From Bacillota bacterium (GTDB lineage Bacteria > Bacillota_I > Bacilli_A > Erysipelotrichales > Erysipelotrichaceae), in the NCBI GenBank assembly GCA_018065105.1, contig JAGHTX010000163.1, positions 14,100 to 78,099 on the forward strand: DNA of 64,000 bases. The letters run 5' to 3'. Below the pieces are notes generated by a model. That model was not told the origin of the DNA. It did no database searches and saw nothing but the letters and a program-made list of their open reading frames with translations. Made by a program: the position numbers and the translations under genes. Numbering within the stretch: the stretch's first letter is position 1; each line of letters opens with the position of its first letter. This document shows, piece by piece, positions 20,352 to 32,324 of this stretch.

Positions 20352-20485
20352 TTATACACGCAAATACACCCTATTTTAACAGTTCTAAAATGGTCGTAGA
20401 GCCCTATTTTAAAGGCTATGTGGAAAACTTATCCACAGTTTCCACGGCTTATTATTGTTATATATTTAATTAATATTATAAAAGG
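20352..20485. other. oriC part 2: DnaA boxes plus AT-rich unwinding region between dnaA and dnaN
   Basis: TGTGGAAAA (20419-20427, minus-sense box) abuts a perfect TTATCCACA (20429-20437). A weaker TTATACACG is at 20352. Then comes a stretch of about 36 nt that is almost pure A/T (20449-20484). Confidence 0.75.
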
Positions 20486-20495
20486 AGGAAAAATT

Positions 20496-21617
20496 ATGAA
20501 ATTTTCAATGGATCGAAAACACTTTTATGAAAAATTGAGTATCGTTTCAAGAGCGATTAGCGTATTTAGTCCATTACCTGCTTTATCTGGTATTTGTATT
20601 GATGTAAAAGAAGATAAAATTATTTTAACAGGTAGTGATTCAAACGTCTCTATCCGTTCTACTATTGTTTTTAGTGAAACGAATCAACTTCAAATTGAAT
20701 CAACTGGAAGCATTGTAGTTGAATCAAAATATTTATTAGAAATCGTTCGAAAGATGGATTCTAATCGTATTGAATTTGAATTAATCGATTTTACTAAGAT
20801 TCGTCTAGAAGGAAATAATGGTAAATTCGAATTAAATGGTATTCAGGCAAGTGAATATCCAGAAATCGATTTCCAAAAACCATTAACACATATTTCTTTA
20901 ACACCAGAAACATTAAAACAAATTGTTTCGCAAACAGCTTTTGCTTGTAGTGAAAAAGACAAACGTCCGGTTTTAAATGGAGTTAACTTTAATGTAAACG
21001 GAGATAAATTATATTGTTCGGGTACAGATTCGTATCGTTTAGCAAGAAAACAAATCAATTTAGAAACTTCACAAAATATCAACGTTACCATTCCTAGTAA
21101 ATCATTAACAGAAGTTGTTCGTTCTTTTAACGATGATGTAAAGAATGTAGATTTATATATCGATCACAAAAAAGCGCAATTTATTTTTGATCGCATTATC
21201 ATTCAAACTCGTTTGATCGATGGTACTTTCCCAGATGTTGAAAGAATTATTCCAAATAAATTTATCGCAAAAATGGAAGTAGATGCCCACGAAATCACAA
21301 ACGTAGTTGACCGTACTAATTTCATTCGTAATGACAAAGTTCACCTAGTTCGTATGGAATGTTCAGCAACGGAAACACACATCAAAACTAGCTCTAGTGA
21401 AATTGGTAACAGTGATGAAGTATTAAGCGATTGCACTTACGAAGGAGAAGATTTACGTCTTTCTTGTAATGGAACTTATCTTCTAGAAGCAATTCGTGCT
21501 TTAGGTGCTGAAAGAGTCAAAATGGAATTCTCGGGATTAATGAAACCAATTCGTATTATGGATATGGAAGATGATTCGACAACAATGATTATCGTACCTA
21601 TCCGTAGTTACGACTAA
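20496..21617 (+). CDS. dnaN: DNA polymerase III beta sliding clamp
   Basis: MKFSMDRK...L..V..A...... is a typical DnaN N-terminus, 373 aa. Trimmed from 20418 to the ATG at 20496 (AAAGGAGG 6 nt upstream), because the extension covers the DnaA boxes and unwinding region. Confidence 0.95.
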   Translation: MKFSMDRKHFYEKLSIVSRAISVFSPLPALSGICIDVKEDKIILTGSDSNVSIRSTIVFSETNQLQIESTGSIVVESKYLLEIVRKMDSNRIEFELIDFTKIRLEGNNGKFELNGIQASEYPEIDFQKPLTHISLTPETLKQIVSQTAFACSEKDKRPVLNGVNFNVNGDKLYCSGTDSYRLARKQINLETSQNINVTIPSKSLTEVVRSFNDDVKNVDLYIDHKKAQFIFDRIIIQTRLIDGTFPDVERIIPNKFIAKMEVDAHEITNVVDRTNFIRNDKVHLVRMECSATETHIKTSSSEIGNSDEVLSDCTYEGEDLRLSCNGTYLLEAIRALGAERVKMEFSGLMKPIRIMDMEDDSTTMIIVPIRSYD

Positions 21618-21700
21618 AAGTAAGCGATTTCATTAAAGAAATAGTACTTTAGTATAAGAGATTGCAAAATAAAAAATAGCCTTAAATCGCACTAAAAAAG

Positions 21701-21727
21701 GGGAATAATGGTATATTCCCTTTTTTT
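21701..21727 (+). terminator. intrinsic terminator after dnaN
   Basis: Hairpin GGGAATA-ATGGTA-TATTCCC followed by T7. Confidence 0.7.
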
Positions 21728-21762
21728 GTGCTATAATTTATGAGTGAAACGAGGTGTTATTT

Positions 21763-21965
21763 ATGCAATTTAAGCTAAAAGATGAATTTATTAAACTCGA
21801 TCAATTATTGAAAGCTTGTGATGTAGTTTATTCTGGAGGTCAAGCAAAAGAGTACCTTGCGACACATCAAGTTCTAGTAAATGGAGAAGAAGAAAACCGT
21901 CGTGGAAAAAAGATTCGCGTTGGAGATGTTGTAGAAACTGAAGATTTAAGGATTGAGATTCAATA

Positions 21966-21966
<1 letters not shown>
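21763..21966 (+). CDS. yaaA: S4-like RNA-binding protein YaaA
   Basis: 67-aa protein between dnaN and recF (conserved position), with G.V.VNGE....RGKK...GD. ATG at 21763 with GAGGTG upstream. An extended -10 (TGCTATAAT) is at 21729-21737. Confidence 0.8.
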
Positions 21967-25023
<3,057 letters not shown>

Positions 25024-25033
25024 GAGGTCTTCT

Positions 25034-27499
25034 ATGGAAGAAAAGAAAAAATATGATTATATAGAAGACGTCGAAATCGCCAAAGAGATGCGTGAATCTT
25101 TCTTGGATTATTCGATGTCTGTAATCGTACAACGTGCCCTACCAGATGTTCGTGATGGTATGAAACCAGTACATCGCCGTATTATGCATGCGATGAATTC
25201 ATTAGGAATTACATCGGGCGTTGCTCACAAAAAAAGTGCTCGTATTGTCGGGGACGTTATTGGTAAGTATCACCCTCACGGAGATACAGCCGTATATGAT
25301 GCCATGGTTCGTATGGCACAAGATTTTAACTATCGTTATCCATTGGTCGATGGACATGGTAACTTCGGTTCTCTTGATGGAGATGGAGCTGCAGCAATGC
25401 GTTATACCGAAGCGCGTATGTCTAAGATTTCAATGGAAATGATGCGCGATATCAATAAAGATACAGTAGACTTTATTGAAAACTATGATGGTGAAGAAAC
25501 AGAACCAGTTGTGCTTCCATCTCGTATTCCAAACTTATTGATCAATGGTTCTATGGGAATCGCGGTAGGTATGGCAACAAACATTCCGCCTCATAACCTA
25601 TCTGAAACAATTAAAGCTATCTTTGCGGTTATGGATGATCCAGATATTCCTGTTCCTGAATTGATGAATATCATTAAGGGACCCGACTTCCCTACCGGAG
25701 GAATTATTTTAGGACGTGCGGGAATCCGTCAAGCTTTTGAAACTGGACGTGGTTCTATTATGATTCGTTCTAAGTATAATGTTGAAGATATGGGAAATGG
25801 AAAGAAGCGAATTGTCTTCTATGAAATTCCTTACCAAGTAAACAAATTAAATCTAATTAAGAAAATGGCAGATTTAATTCGTGATAAAGAAATTCAAGGG
25901 GTTACTTATTTGAACGATGAAAGTAACCGTCAAGGTATTCGTATTGTCATGGAATTGAAAAAGGATGTTCAAGAAGATGTTATCTTGAATCAATTGTTCC
26001 GTTTAACTCCATTACAATCAAGTTTCGGAATTAATATGTTAGCTCTTGAAAATGGAAGACCAAGGCAACTTCCATTAAAGGATATTATCAACGATTACTT
26101 AAATCACCAAATTGTGGTGGTTGAAAGAAAAACTCGCTTTGATTTAAAGAAAGCACAAGATCGTGCGCATATCTTAGAAGGTTTTAGAATTGCGATTGAT
26201 AACATTGATGCCGTAATCCATTTGATTCGTTCTTCAAAGAGCGATGAAGCTGGATTGGTTAAAGAATTATGTGATGCTTTTGGACTAACAGAAATCCAAG
26301 CCAAAGCAATTCTTGCGATGCAAATTCGTCGTTTATCCGGATTGGAACGCGATAAAATTGAAAGTGAATATCAAGCACTTTTACTAACAATCCAAGACTT
26401 ACAAGATATTTTGGCAAACCACAGTCGTGTACTACAAATCATTCGTGATGATTTAACAGAAATTGACAATAAATATGGAGATGAACGTCGTACTGAAATT
26501 ATGGAAGGAAGTTTCGACATGGAAGATGAAGACTTAATTCCAGTGGAAGACAGCATCATTATCTTAACAGAATCCGGATATATCAAACGTCAACCAGTTG
26601 ATACATACAAGAAACAAAATCGTGGAGGTCGTGGAATTAAATCATTGACATTGAACGATGAAGATTCCATTAATCAAATGATTTCTATGAGCACACACGA
26701 TACATTATTATTATTCTCGGATAAAGGAAGAGTATTCCGAATGAAAGGATTTAATGTACCAGCTGCTTCTAGAACTTCAAAAGGAATTCCAATTGTAAAC
26801 TTAATTGATTTAGAAGGAGAAAAAATCAAGACATTACTACCAATTTGGAAAGAAAAAGAATCTGAATTTAAATCGCTATTATTTGTCACAAAGAACGGTG
26901 TTGTAAAGCGTACTCCAATGGAAGAATTTGACCGCATCAACCGAAATGGAAAAATTGCGATCAGTCTAAAAGAGGATGATGAATTGGCTTTCGTAAAAAC
27001 AACACTTGGAAACGATGAAGTTATTATTGCGGGAAGCAATGGTAAAGCTGTTCGTTTTGATGAAAATGAAATTCGTTTGATGGGAAGAACTGCCAGCGGA
27101 GTTCGTGGATTTGAAACAGACGGTTCTGAAGTTGTTGGTGTGGCATTAAGCCATGAAGGAGATACAGTATTTGTTGTTGCAGAAAACGGTTATGGAAAAC
27201 GAAGTTTCTTCAATGATTTCCGTTTAACATCTCGTGGTAAAAAAGGTGTACGTGCTCTTAATACAACAGATAAGACAGGTAACTTAGTTGCAGTAAAAAC
27301 TGTACAAGGTGATGAAGACTGTATGATCGTATCTAGTAGCGGAATCATGATTCGTATCCATATCGGAGATATTGGTATCTACGGAAGAAATACACAAGGT
27401 GTCCGAGTTATTAATTTAACTGAAGATGCTAAAGTTACTAAGATTACATTAGTGGCTCCTGAAGAAGAGGATGATGAAGAATTAGTTAATGAAGAATAG
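25034..27499 (+). CDS. gyrA: DNA gyrase subunit A
   Basis: QRDR-type segment [19 protein letters not shown], the catalytic-Tyr region [10 protein letters not shown], and repeated beta-pinwheel blades with an acidic tail. Confidence 0.97.
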   Translation: MEEKKKYDYIEDVEIAKEMRESFLDYSMSVIVQRALPDVRDGMKPVHRRIMHAMNSLGITSGVAHKKSARIVGDVIGKYHPHGDTAVYDAMVRMAQDFNYRYPLVDGHGNFGSLDGDGAAAMRYTEARMSKISMEMMRDINKDTVDFIENYDGEETEPVVLPSRIPNLLINGSMGIAVGMATNIPPHNLSETIKAIFAVMDDPDIPVPELMNIIKGPDFPTGGIILGRAGIRQAFETGRGSIMIRSKYNVEDMGNGKKRIVFYEIPYQVNKLNLIKKMADLIRDKEIQGVTYLNDESNRQGIRIVMELKKDVQEDVILNQLFRLTPLQSSFGINMLALENGRPRQLPLKDIINDYLNHQIVVVERKTRFDLKKAQDRAHILEGFRIAIDNIDAVIHLIRSSKSDEAGLVKELCDAFGLTEIQAKAILAMQIRRLSGLERDKIESEYQALLLTIQDLQDILANHSRVLQIIRDDLTEIDNKYGDERRTEIMEGSFDMEDEDLIPVEDSIIILTESGYIKRQPVDTYKKQNRGGRGIKSLTLNDEDSINQMISMSTHDTLLLFSDKGRVFRMKGFNVPAASRTSKGIPIVNLIDLEGEKIKTLLPIWKEKESEFKSLLFVTKNGVVKRTPMEEFDRINRNGKIAISLKEDDELAFVKTTLGNDEVIIAGSNGKAVRFDENEIRLMGRTASGVRGFETDGSEVVGVALSHEGDTVFVVAENGYGKRSFFNDFRLTSRGKKGVRALNTTDKTGNLVAVKTVQGDEDCMIVSSSGIMIRIHIGDIGIYGRNTQGVRVINLTEDAKVTKITLVAPEEEDDEELVNEE

Positions 27500-27520
27500 T
27501 CGAAAGGCTATTCTTTTCTT
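27493..27520 (+). terminator. intrinsic terminator after gyrA
   Basis: Hairpin AGAATAG-TCGAAAGG-CTATTCT followed by TTTCTTT. It overlaps the gyrA stop codon. Confidence 0.55.
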
Positions 27521-27522
27521 TC

Positions 27523-27615
27523 CATATGATTATTCATAATATGAATAAGGACACAAATATTCATATGAATGGTCGCATATGAATAATCATACTGTATTTT
27601 CTTTTGGTATGAATT
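27523..27615. repeat. cluster of ATTCATATGAAT-type palindromic motifs (array 1)
   Basis: CATATGAT at 27523. ATTCATAATATGAAT at 27532-27546 (15-nt perfect palindrome). ATTCATATGAAT at 27559-27570 (12-nt perfect palindrome). CATATGAAT at 27576. TATGAATT at 27608. Confidence 0.8.
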
Positions 27616-27649
27616 GAAAAATCATTAAAATAATGGTATAAAAATTAAG

Positions 27650-27875
27650 TAACACGTAGATAAGGAAAAGTACTTTAAGTTCTTTTGTAGAGACGATATG
27701 GCTGGTGAAAATATCGAGGGACGAAAAAGGAAAAGCCCCTTAGAGTGATTTTATGAACTGAGTAGTAAAATCCGGTCTCAAACCGTTATCATGATAGAGA
27801 TCTTATTGTATAAGATGAAAAAGGGTGGCAACACGAGACCTTCGTCCCTTGTGGGTAAGGTCTCTTTTTATTTTC
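27650..27875 (+). promoter_or_regulatory. T-box leader (tRNA-sensing riboswitch) of serS
   Basis: Promoter TTGAAA (27614), 17-nt spacer, TGgTATAAA (27635). AGAGA and GGUGAAA Stem I elements at 27690-27712. A Stem III-like hairpin ATCTTAT/ATAAGAT. T-box sequence AAGGGUGGCAACACG at 27820-27835. Terminator GAGACCTT/AAGGTCTC (27835-27864) followed by a T-run. Confidence 0.85.
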
Positions 27876-27896
27876 TAGAAAAGGAGAAGAAAGAAA

Positions 27897-29180
27897 ATGT
27901 TAGATATCAAATTCGTACGTGAAAACCCAGAAGTTGTAAAAGAAAACATGCGTAAAAAATTCCAAGATTCTAAATTACACTTAGTTGATGAAGTATTGGA
28001 AGAAGACAAAGAAATGAGAGCATGCCAATTAAAAGGTGATGATTTAAAAGCGAAAACTAAAAAAATCTCTAAAGAAATCGGCGCTCTTATGAAACAAGGA
28101 AAAAAAGAAGAAGCGGAACAAGTTAAACAAGAAATCGCAAATATCAAAAATGAAATTGCGAGCTTAGGTGAAAAAGAAAATGAATTAAGAGAATCTGTAA
28201 GAAGCAAAATGTTACAAATTCCAAATATCATTGATCCAAGTGTTCCTATTGGTAAAGATGATTCAGAAAACGTAGAAGTTGAACGTTTTGGTGAAGCTGT
28301 AGTTCCTGCTTATGAAATTCCTCACCACGCAGATATTATTAAATCTGTAAATGGTATGGATAAGGAAGCTGCTGGTAGAACATCTGGTGAAGGATTCTAT
28401 TACTTATTAGGAGACATCGCTCGTTTACACGAAGCTATGATTTCTCACGCTAGAGATTTTATGATTGAAAATGGATTCACTTATGCAATCCCTCCATTCA
28501 TGATTCACGGGGATGTAGTTGAAGGTGTAATGTCATTCCCTGAAATGCAAGCAATGATGTACAAAATTGAAGGTGAAGATCTATACTTAATCGGTACTTC
28601 TGAACACTCAATGATTGGTAAATTTAAAGGTCAAATTTTAAAGAAAGAAGAATTACCAATCAATATGACTTCTTACTCACCATGTTTTAGAAAAGAAGGT
28701 GGATCACACGGATTAGAAGAACGTGGATTATATCGTGTTCACCAATTCGAAAAACAAGAAATGGTTGTTCTTTGTGAACCAGAAGATTCAATGGATTGGT
28801 ATGAAAAAATGTGGAAGTTAACTGTAGAATTATTCCGCAGCTGGGATATTCCAGTTCGTCAATTAGAATGTTGTTCAGGAGATTTAGCAGACCTTAAAGT
28901 AAAATCATGTGACATCGAAGCTTGGTCACCACGTCAACAAAAATACTTTGAAGTAGGAAGCTGTTCAAACTTAAGCGATGCACAAGCTAGACGTTTAGGA
29001 ATCCGTACTAAGGGAGATAAAGGAACTTATTTCCTTCACACATTGAACAACACAGTTGTCGCATCACCTCGTGGGTTAATTGCTTTATTAGAAAACAATT
29101 ACCAAGAAGATGGAACCGTATTAATTCCAAAGGCATTACAACCATATATGGGTGGTAAAACAGTTATTGGTAAAAAATAA
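27897..29180 (+). CDS. serS: serine--tRNA ligase
   Basis: MLDIKFVRENPE.. with an N-terminal coiled-coil arm and class II motifs (FRKE.G..G...RGLYRVHQFEK, GSCSN..D.QARR). Confidence 0.96.
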   Translation: MLDIKFVRENPEVVKENMRKKFQDSKLHLVDEVLEEDKEMRACQLKGDDLKAKTKKISKEIGALMKQGKKEEAEQVKQEIANIKNEIASLGEKENELRESVRSKMLQIPNIIDPSVPIGKDDSENVEVERFGEAVVPAYEIPHHADIIKSVNGMDKEAAGRTSGEGFYYLLGDIARLHEAMISHARDFMIENGFTYAIPPFMIHGDVVEGVMSFPEMQAMMYKIEGEDLYLIGTSEHSMIGKFKGQILKKEELPINMTSYSPCFRKEGGSHGLEERGLYRVHQFEKQEMVVLCEPEDSMDWYEKMWKLTVELFRSWDIPVRQLECCSGDLADLKVKSCDIEAWSPRQQKYFEVGSCSNLSDAQARRLGIRTKGDKGTYFLHTLNNTVVASPRGLIALLENNYQEDGTVLIPKALQPYMGGKTVIGKK

Positions 29181-29190
29181 TTTTTAGAAT

Positions 29191-29223
29191 AAATCTGATT
29201 TCAGAAATGAGGTCAGATTTTTC
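29191..29223 (+). terminator. intrinsic terminator after serS
   Basis: Hairpin AAATCTGA-(14 nt)-TCAGATTT running into a T-run. Confidence 0.6.
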
Positions 29224-29280
29224 TTATACTCCCCTACTCTATTATTTTCTTGTAAAATACAAATTATATGGTACAATAAT

Positions 29281-29365
29281 AAAGCTACTACAATGATATC
29301 TTATGAAACTGGTCAGGGTGGGAACACAGCAGCCATAAGTAAGCTCCATCATGTGTGGTAGCTTT
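29281..29365 (+). ncRNA. ffs: signal recognition particle RNA, short 4.5S-type
   Basis: Long hairpin in which AAAGCTACTACAATGAT pairs with ATCATGTGTGGTAGCTTT. The apical domain IV motif GGUCAGG-GUG-GGAA-CAC-AGCAGCCA compares with E. coli GGUCAGGUCCGGAAGGAAGCAGCCA. An extended -10 (TGgTACAAT) lies just upstream and a T-rich tract downstream. Confidence 0.8.
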
Positions 29366-29388
29366 TATTTTATAAAAAAGGAATTCAT

Positions 29389-29847
29389 ATGAACGAAGAA
29401 AAATGGATGAAGGAAGCTTTGAAACAAGCAAAAAAAGCGTATGAAAAAGATGAGGTACCCATTGGCTGTGTCATTGTAAAAGATAATCAAATCATAGCCA
29501 GAGGATATAATAAAAGAGAGATGAATCAAATCAGTCTAGATCATGCCGAAGTCATCGCAATAAAAAAAGCATGTAAAAAGGTTGGATATTGGAGACTGGA
29601 AGATTGTGAATTATATGTAACGCTTGAACCGTGTCCTATGTGTGCTGGAGCGATTATCCAGTCTAGAATTCCTAAGGTTGTATATGGTGCAAATGATCCA
29701 AAAGGTGGATCTGTTTATAGCGTAGCACAACTGTTTGATGTAAAAGAATACAATCACCACCCTACGTACATTTCGGGTGTTTTACAAGAAGAATGTGCAA
29801 ATTTATTAAAACAATTTTTCAAAGCGAAGAGAAAGACAAAGAAATAG
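29389..29847 (+). CDS. tadA: tRNA-specific adenosine deaminase
   Basis: Deaminase zinc motifs HAEV.AI and TLEPCPMCAGA in 152 aa. Confidence 0.93.
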   Translation: MNEEKWMKEALKQAKKAYEKDEVPIGCVIVKDNQIIARGYNKREMNQISLDHAEVIAIKKACKKVGYWRLEDCELYVTLEPCPMCAGAIIQSRIPKVVYGANDPKGGSVYSVAQLFDVKEYNHHPTYISGVLQEECANLLKQFFKAKRKTKK

Positions 29848-29931
29848 TTTTTCTCTTTTCTTATACAATTCACGAAGAAGAAAAAGAAGTATAGATATGA
29901 TATAATAATTCAGGTAGAAAGGTTTGATAAT

Positions 29932-31674
29932 ATGGCATACCAAGCACTATATAGAAAATATAGACCAAAAAATTTTGAAGAAGTTGTTGGTCAAACTCAT
30001 ATAATTAAAACATTATCTAACGCAATTAAGAATAATCGTATTGCCCATGCATATCTATTCTGTGGACCTAGAGGTACTGGTAAAACGTCGACCGCAAAAA
30101 TATTTGCGAAAATGTTAAACTGCTCTTCAGATACACATAGACCATGCGAAGAATGTGAAAACTGTAGAATGTTCAATACAGGATCACACCCAGATATTAT
30201 CGAAATAGATGCTGCAAGCAATAACGGTGTAGATGAAGTACGTAACTTAATAGATAAAGTAAAATATGCACCAATGGAAGGAAAATATAAAATATACATT
30301 ATTGATGAAGTGCATATGATGTCTACAGGCGCATTCAACGCGTTGTTAAAGACAATTGAAGAACCACCAGCACATGTAATATTTATCTTCGCAACAACTG
30401 AGCCGAATAAAGTCTTATCGACTATTATATCGAGATGTCAAAGATTCGACTTTGGGCGAGTTGCAGAAGAGGATATTATCCGCAGATTATCTTATGTCTG
30501 TAAACAAGAAGGAATTAAAACAGATGAGCAAACCTTGCAAATGATTGCGGAATTGAGTGATGGAGGAATGCGTGATTCCCTTTCCATTCTTGATCAATGT
30601 GTAGCATATTGTTTGGATGAAATTCATATTGAAGATGTAAGACAAATTTATGGTATCTTCTCTAATTATGATTTAGGCGAATTGTTCCAAAACATTGCTT
30701 ACAATCGTATTGAAGAAGCCATGAAACAACTACAAGATGCAAACACTAAAGGAATGGATTTAAAAAGATTAACCAGTGATTTTATTTCAATTCTTAAAGA
30801 AAGTATTATTATAGCTTTCTCACCTAACTCTACATTGGTATCTGAAAATCATAAGCAATTAATAAATACATATTTTATGGACTCTAATATCGATTTACGA
30901 GTAAATCTATTAGAAGAGTTGATGAACACGTATAACAAGTATGTTTATGCTTCCAATGTTTTAGATTATCTTGAATCTGCGATATTGAAGGTTTCACTAC
31001 AAAATCATCCTATTCAGAATATGAATTCAGAAAAAAATATTCAGAAAACAAAATATGAACGGCCGGATATCTCATATGAATTGGCATCTGAAAATAGAGA
31101 AATCACCGAAAATAGTGCTAAAAATGAGCAAAAACAAGAAAAAACAGCAGAAAATCCATCTGATGTTTCACGTGAAACAATTTCTGAACAAAAATCAGAT
31201 ATTTCAAAAATCATATTAAATAATGAATACATTCTACAACTTTTAGTAGGGTCGGATAAAAAACTACGTATGGAAGATTCTAGACGATTTGCTCAGTTAA
31301 GAGACTATATGATTGATTTAGATTCAGCAAAATATGCAAATTCCCTACTAGATACAACCATCACTGCCAGTGCAGAAACATATCTAATCGTTTGTGCCCC
31401 ATCTGATTTGGATGCGAAAATGATAAACGAGATGCAAACGACAGATGGTTATGAATCATTTATGAAGAAAATTCTAGGAAAAGAAAAAAAGGTGTTTGCG
31501 ATTGATAGGAATACACAGGATAAAGTAATCAAAGAATTTAAGGATAGGATGAATGCTGGTACACTTCCCTCTCCTGCTGTTGTAGAAATTGTAAAAAAGA
31601 GTGCTGTTGAAGAAATAATGGATCAAGATAATCCATTAGCCCTATTTGATAATTTGCAGATAGTGGATGATTGA
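29932..31674 (+). CDS. dnaX: DNA polymerase III subunit tau (gamma/tau)
   Basis: YRKYRP..F.EVVGQ, Walker A GPRGTGKTS, a Zn module C..C..C, DEVHM, and SRCQRFDF. Confidence 0.95.
   Translation: MAYQALYRKYRPKNFEEVVGQTHIIKTLSNAIKNNRIAHAYLFCGPRGTGKTSTAKIFAKMLNCSSDTHRPCEECENCRMFNTGSHPDIIEIDAASNNGVDEVRNLIDKVKYAPMEGKYKIYIIDEVHMMSTGAFNALLKTIEEPPAHVIFIFATTEPNKVLSTIISRCQRFDFGRVAEEDIIRRLSYVCKQEGIKTDEQTLQMIAELSDGGMRDSLSILDQCVAYCLDEIHIEDVRQIYGIFSNYDLGELFQNIAYNRIEEAMKQLQDANTKGMDLKRLTSDFISILKESIIIAFSPNSTLVSENHKQLINTYFMDSNIDLRVNLLEELMNTYNKYVYASNVLDYLESAILKVSLQNHPIQNMNSEKNIQKTKYERPDISYELASENREITENSAKNEQKQEKTAENPSDVSRETISEQKSDISKIILNNEYILQLLVGSDKKLRMEDSRRFAQLRDYMIDLDSAKYANSLLDTTITASAETYLIVCAPSDLDAKMINEMQTTDGYESFMKKILGKEKKVFAIDRNTQDKVIKEFKDRMNAGTLPSPAVVEIVKKSAVEEIMDQDNPLALFDNLQIVDD
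31164..31179. other. parS (Spo0J/ParB binding site), perfect consensus, inside dnaX
   Basis: TGTTTCACGTGAAACA is an exact match to the Bacillus-type 16-bp palindromic consensus TGTTNCACGTGAAACA. Confidence 0.75.
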
Positions 31675-31686
31675 AAGGAAAATTAG

Positions 31687-32268
31687 ATGTATCCAAAAAA
31701 GTTTGAAGATTTAATTCTAGCGTTCCGAAAACTTCCTGGCGTAGGAATGAAGACCGCAGAAAGATACGCTTATACAGCGTTGGATTGGGATGAAGAAACC
31801 GTTGATGAATTTCTGAATGTCATATCCAATTTAAAAGGTGGAATTAAGCGATGTGAAATCTGCGGAAATTTATCCGATGGAGATAAATGTTCGTTTTGTG
31901 CGGATGTGAGTAGGAATAAGAAAATCATATGCGTAATTCAGAAGCCGAAAGATATCGCTTCCATTGAATCGATACAAGAGTATAAAGGTGTATACCACGT
32001 TTTAAATGGAGCAATTAATACAAAAAAAGGGGTTATGCCAGAAGACTTAAATATAGATAGTTTGATTAATAGAGTAGATGAAAATACAGAAGAAGTTATA
32101 TTAGCTACAGATCCAACTGTAGAAGGAGAAACTACTGCATTGTATCTACAAAAGCTATTAGAGAACAAAACTAAAGTCACACGATTGGCATATGGCATTC
32201 CTGTAGGAGGCCATTTAGATTACACAGACTCCTTAACTTTGTTAAAAGCCTTTGAAGGAAGAAAATAG
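31687..32268 (+). CDS. recR: recombination protein RecR
   Basis: L...F.KLPGVG.K.A.R.A (HhH), C4 zinc finger C..C....D...C..C, and a Toprim segment. Confidence 0.95.
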   Translation: MYPKKFEDLILAFRKLPGVGMKTAERYAYTALDWDEETVDEFLNVISNLKGGIKRCEICGNLSDGDKCSFCADVSRNKKIICVIQKPKDIASIESIQEYKGVYHVLNGAINTKKGVMPEDLNIDSLINRVDENTEEVILATDPTVEGETTALYLQKLLENKTKVTRLAYGIPVGGHLDYTDSLTLLKAFEGRK

Positions 32269-32277
32269 TATAGAAAT

Positions 32278-32318
32278 AAGCTATATGAACAGAAAAAGAA
32301 CTATCATATAGCTTTTTT
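32278..32318 (+). terminator. intrinsic terminator after recR
   Basis: 11-bp hairpin AAGCTATATGA-(15 nt)-TCATATAGCTT followed by T6. Confidence 0.75.
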
Positions 32319-32324
32319 AGTGCA

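Noticed and set aside
20418-20495. 78-nt N-terminal extension of dnaN in the ORF track (MWKTYPQFPRL..)
   Set aside because: The extension is a translation of the DnaA boxes and the AT-rich unwinding element. A strong AAAGGAGG RBS precedes the internal ATG at 20496.
27523-27615. Reading the palindromes as ARG boxes, Fur/Zur boxes or CodY boxes
   Set aside because: ARG boxes are TGAAT-N4-ATTCA, whereas here the half-sites face the other way (ATTCA-TA-TGAAT). Fur (GATAATGATAATCATTATC) and CodY (AATTTTCWGAAAATT) consensus sequences do not align without many mismatches.
27875-28231. 118-aa minus-strand ORF overlapping the serS 5' end
   Set aside because: It is antisense to the serS coiled-coil arm (K/E-rich sense gives F/S/L-rich antisense), and it would also run into the T-box terminator.
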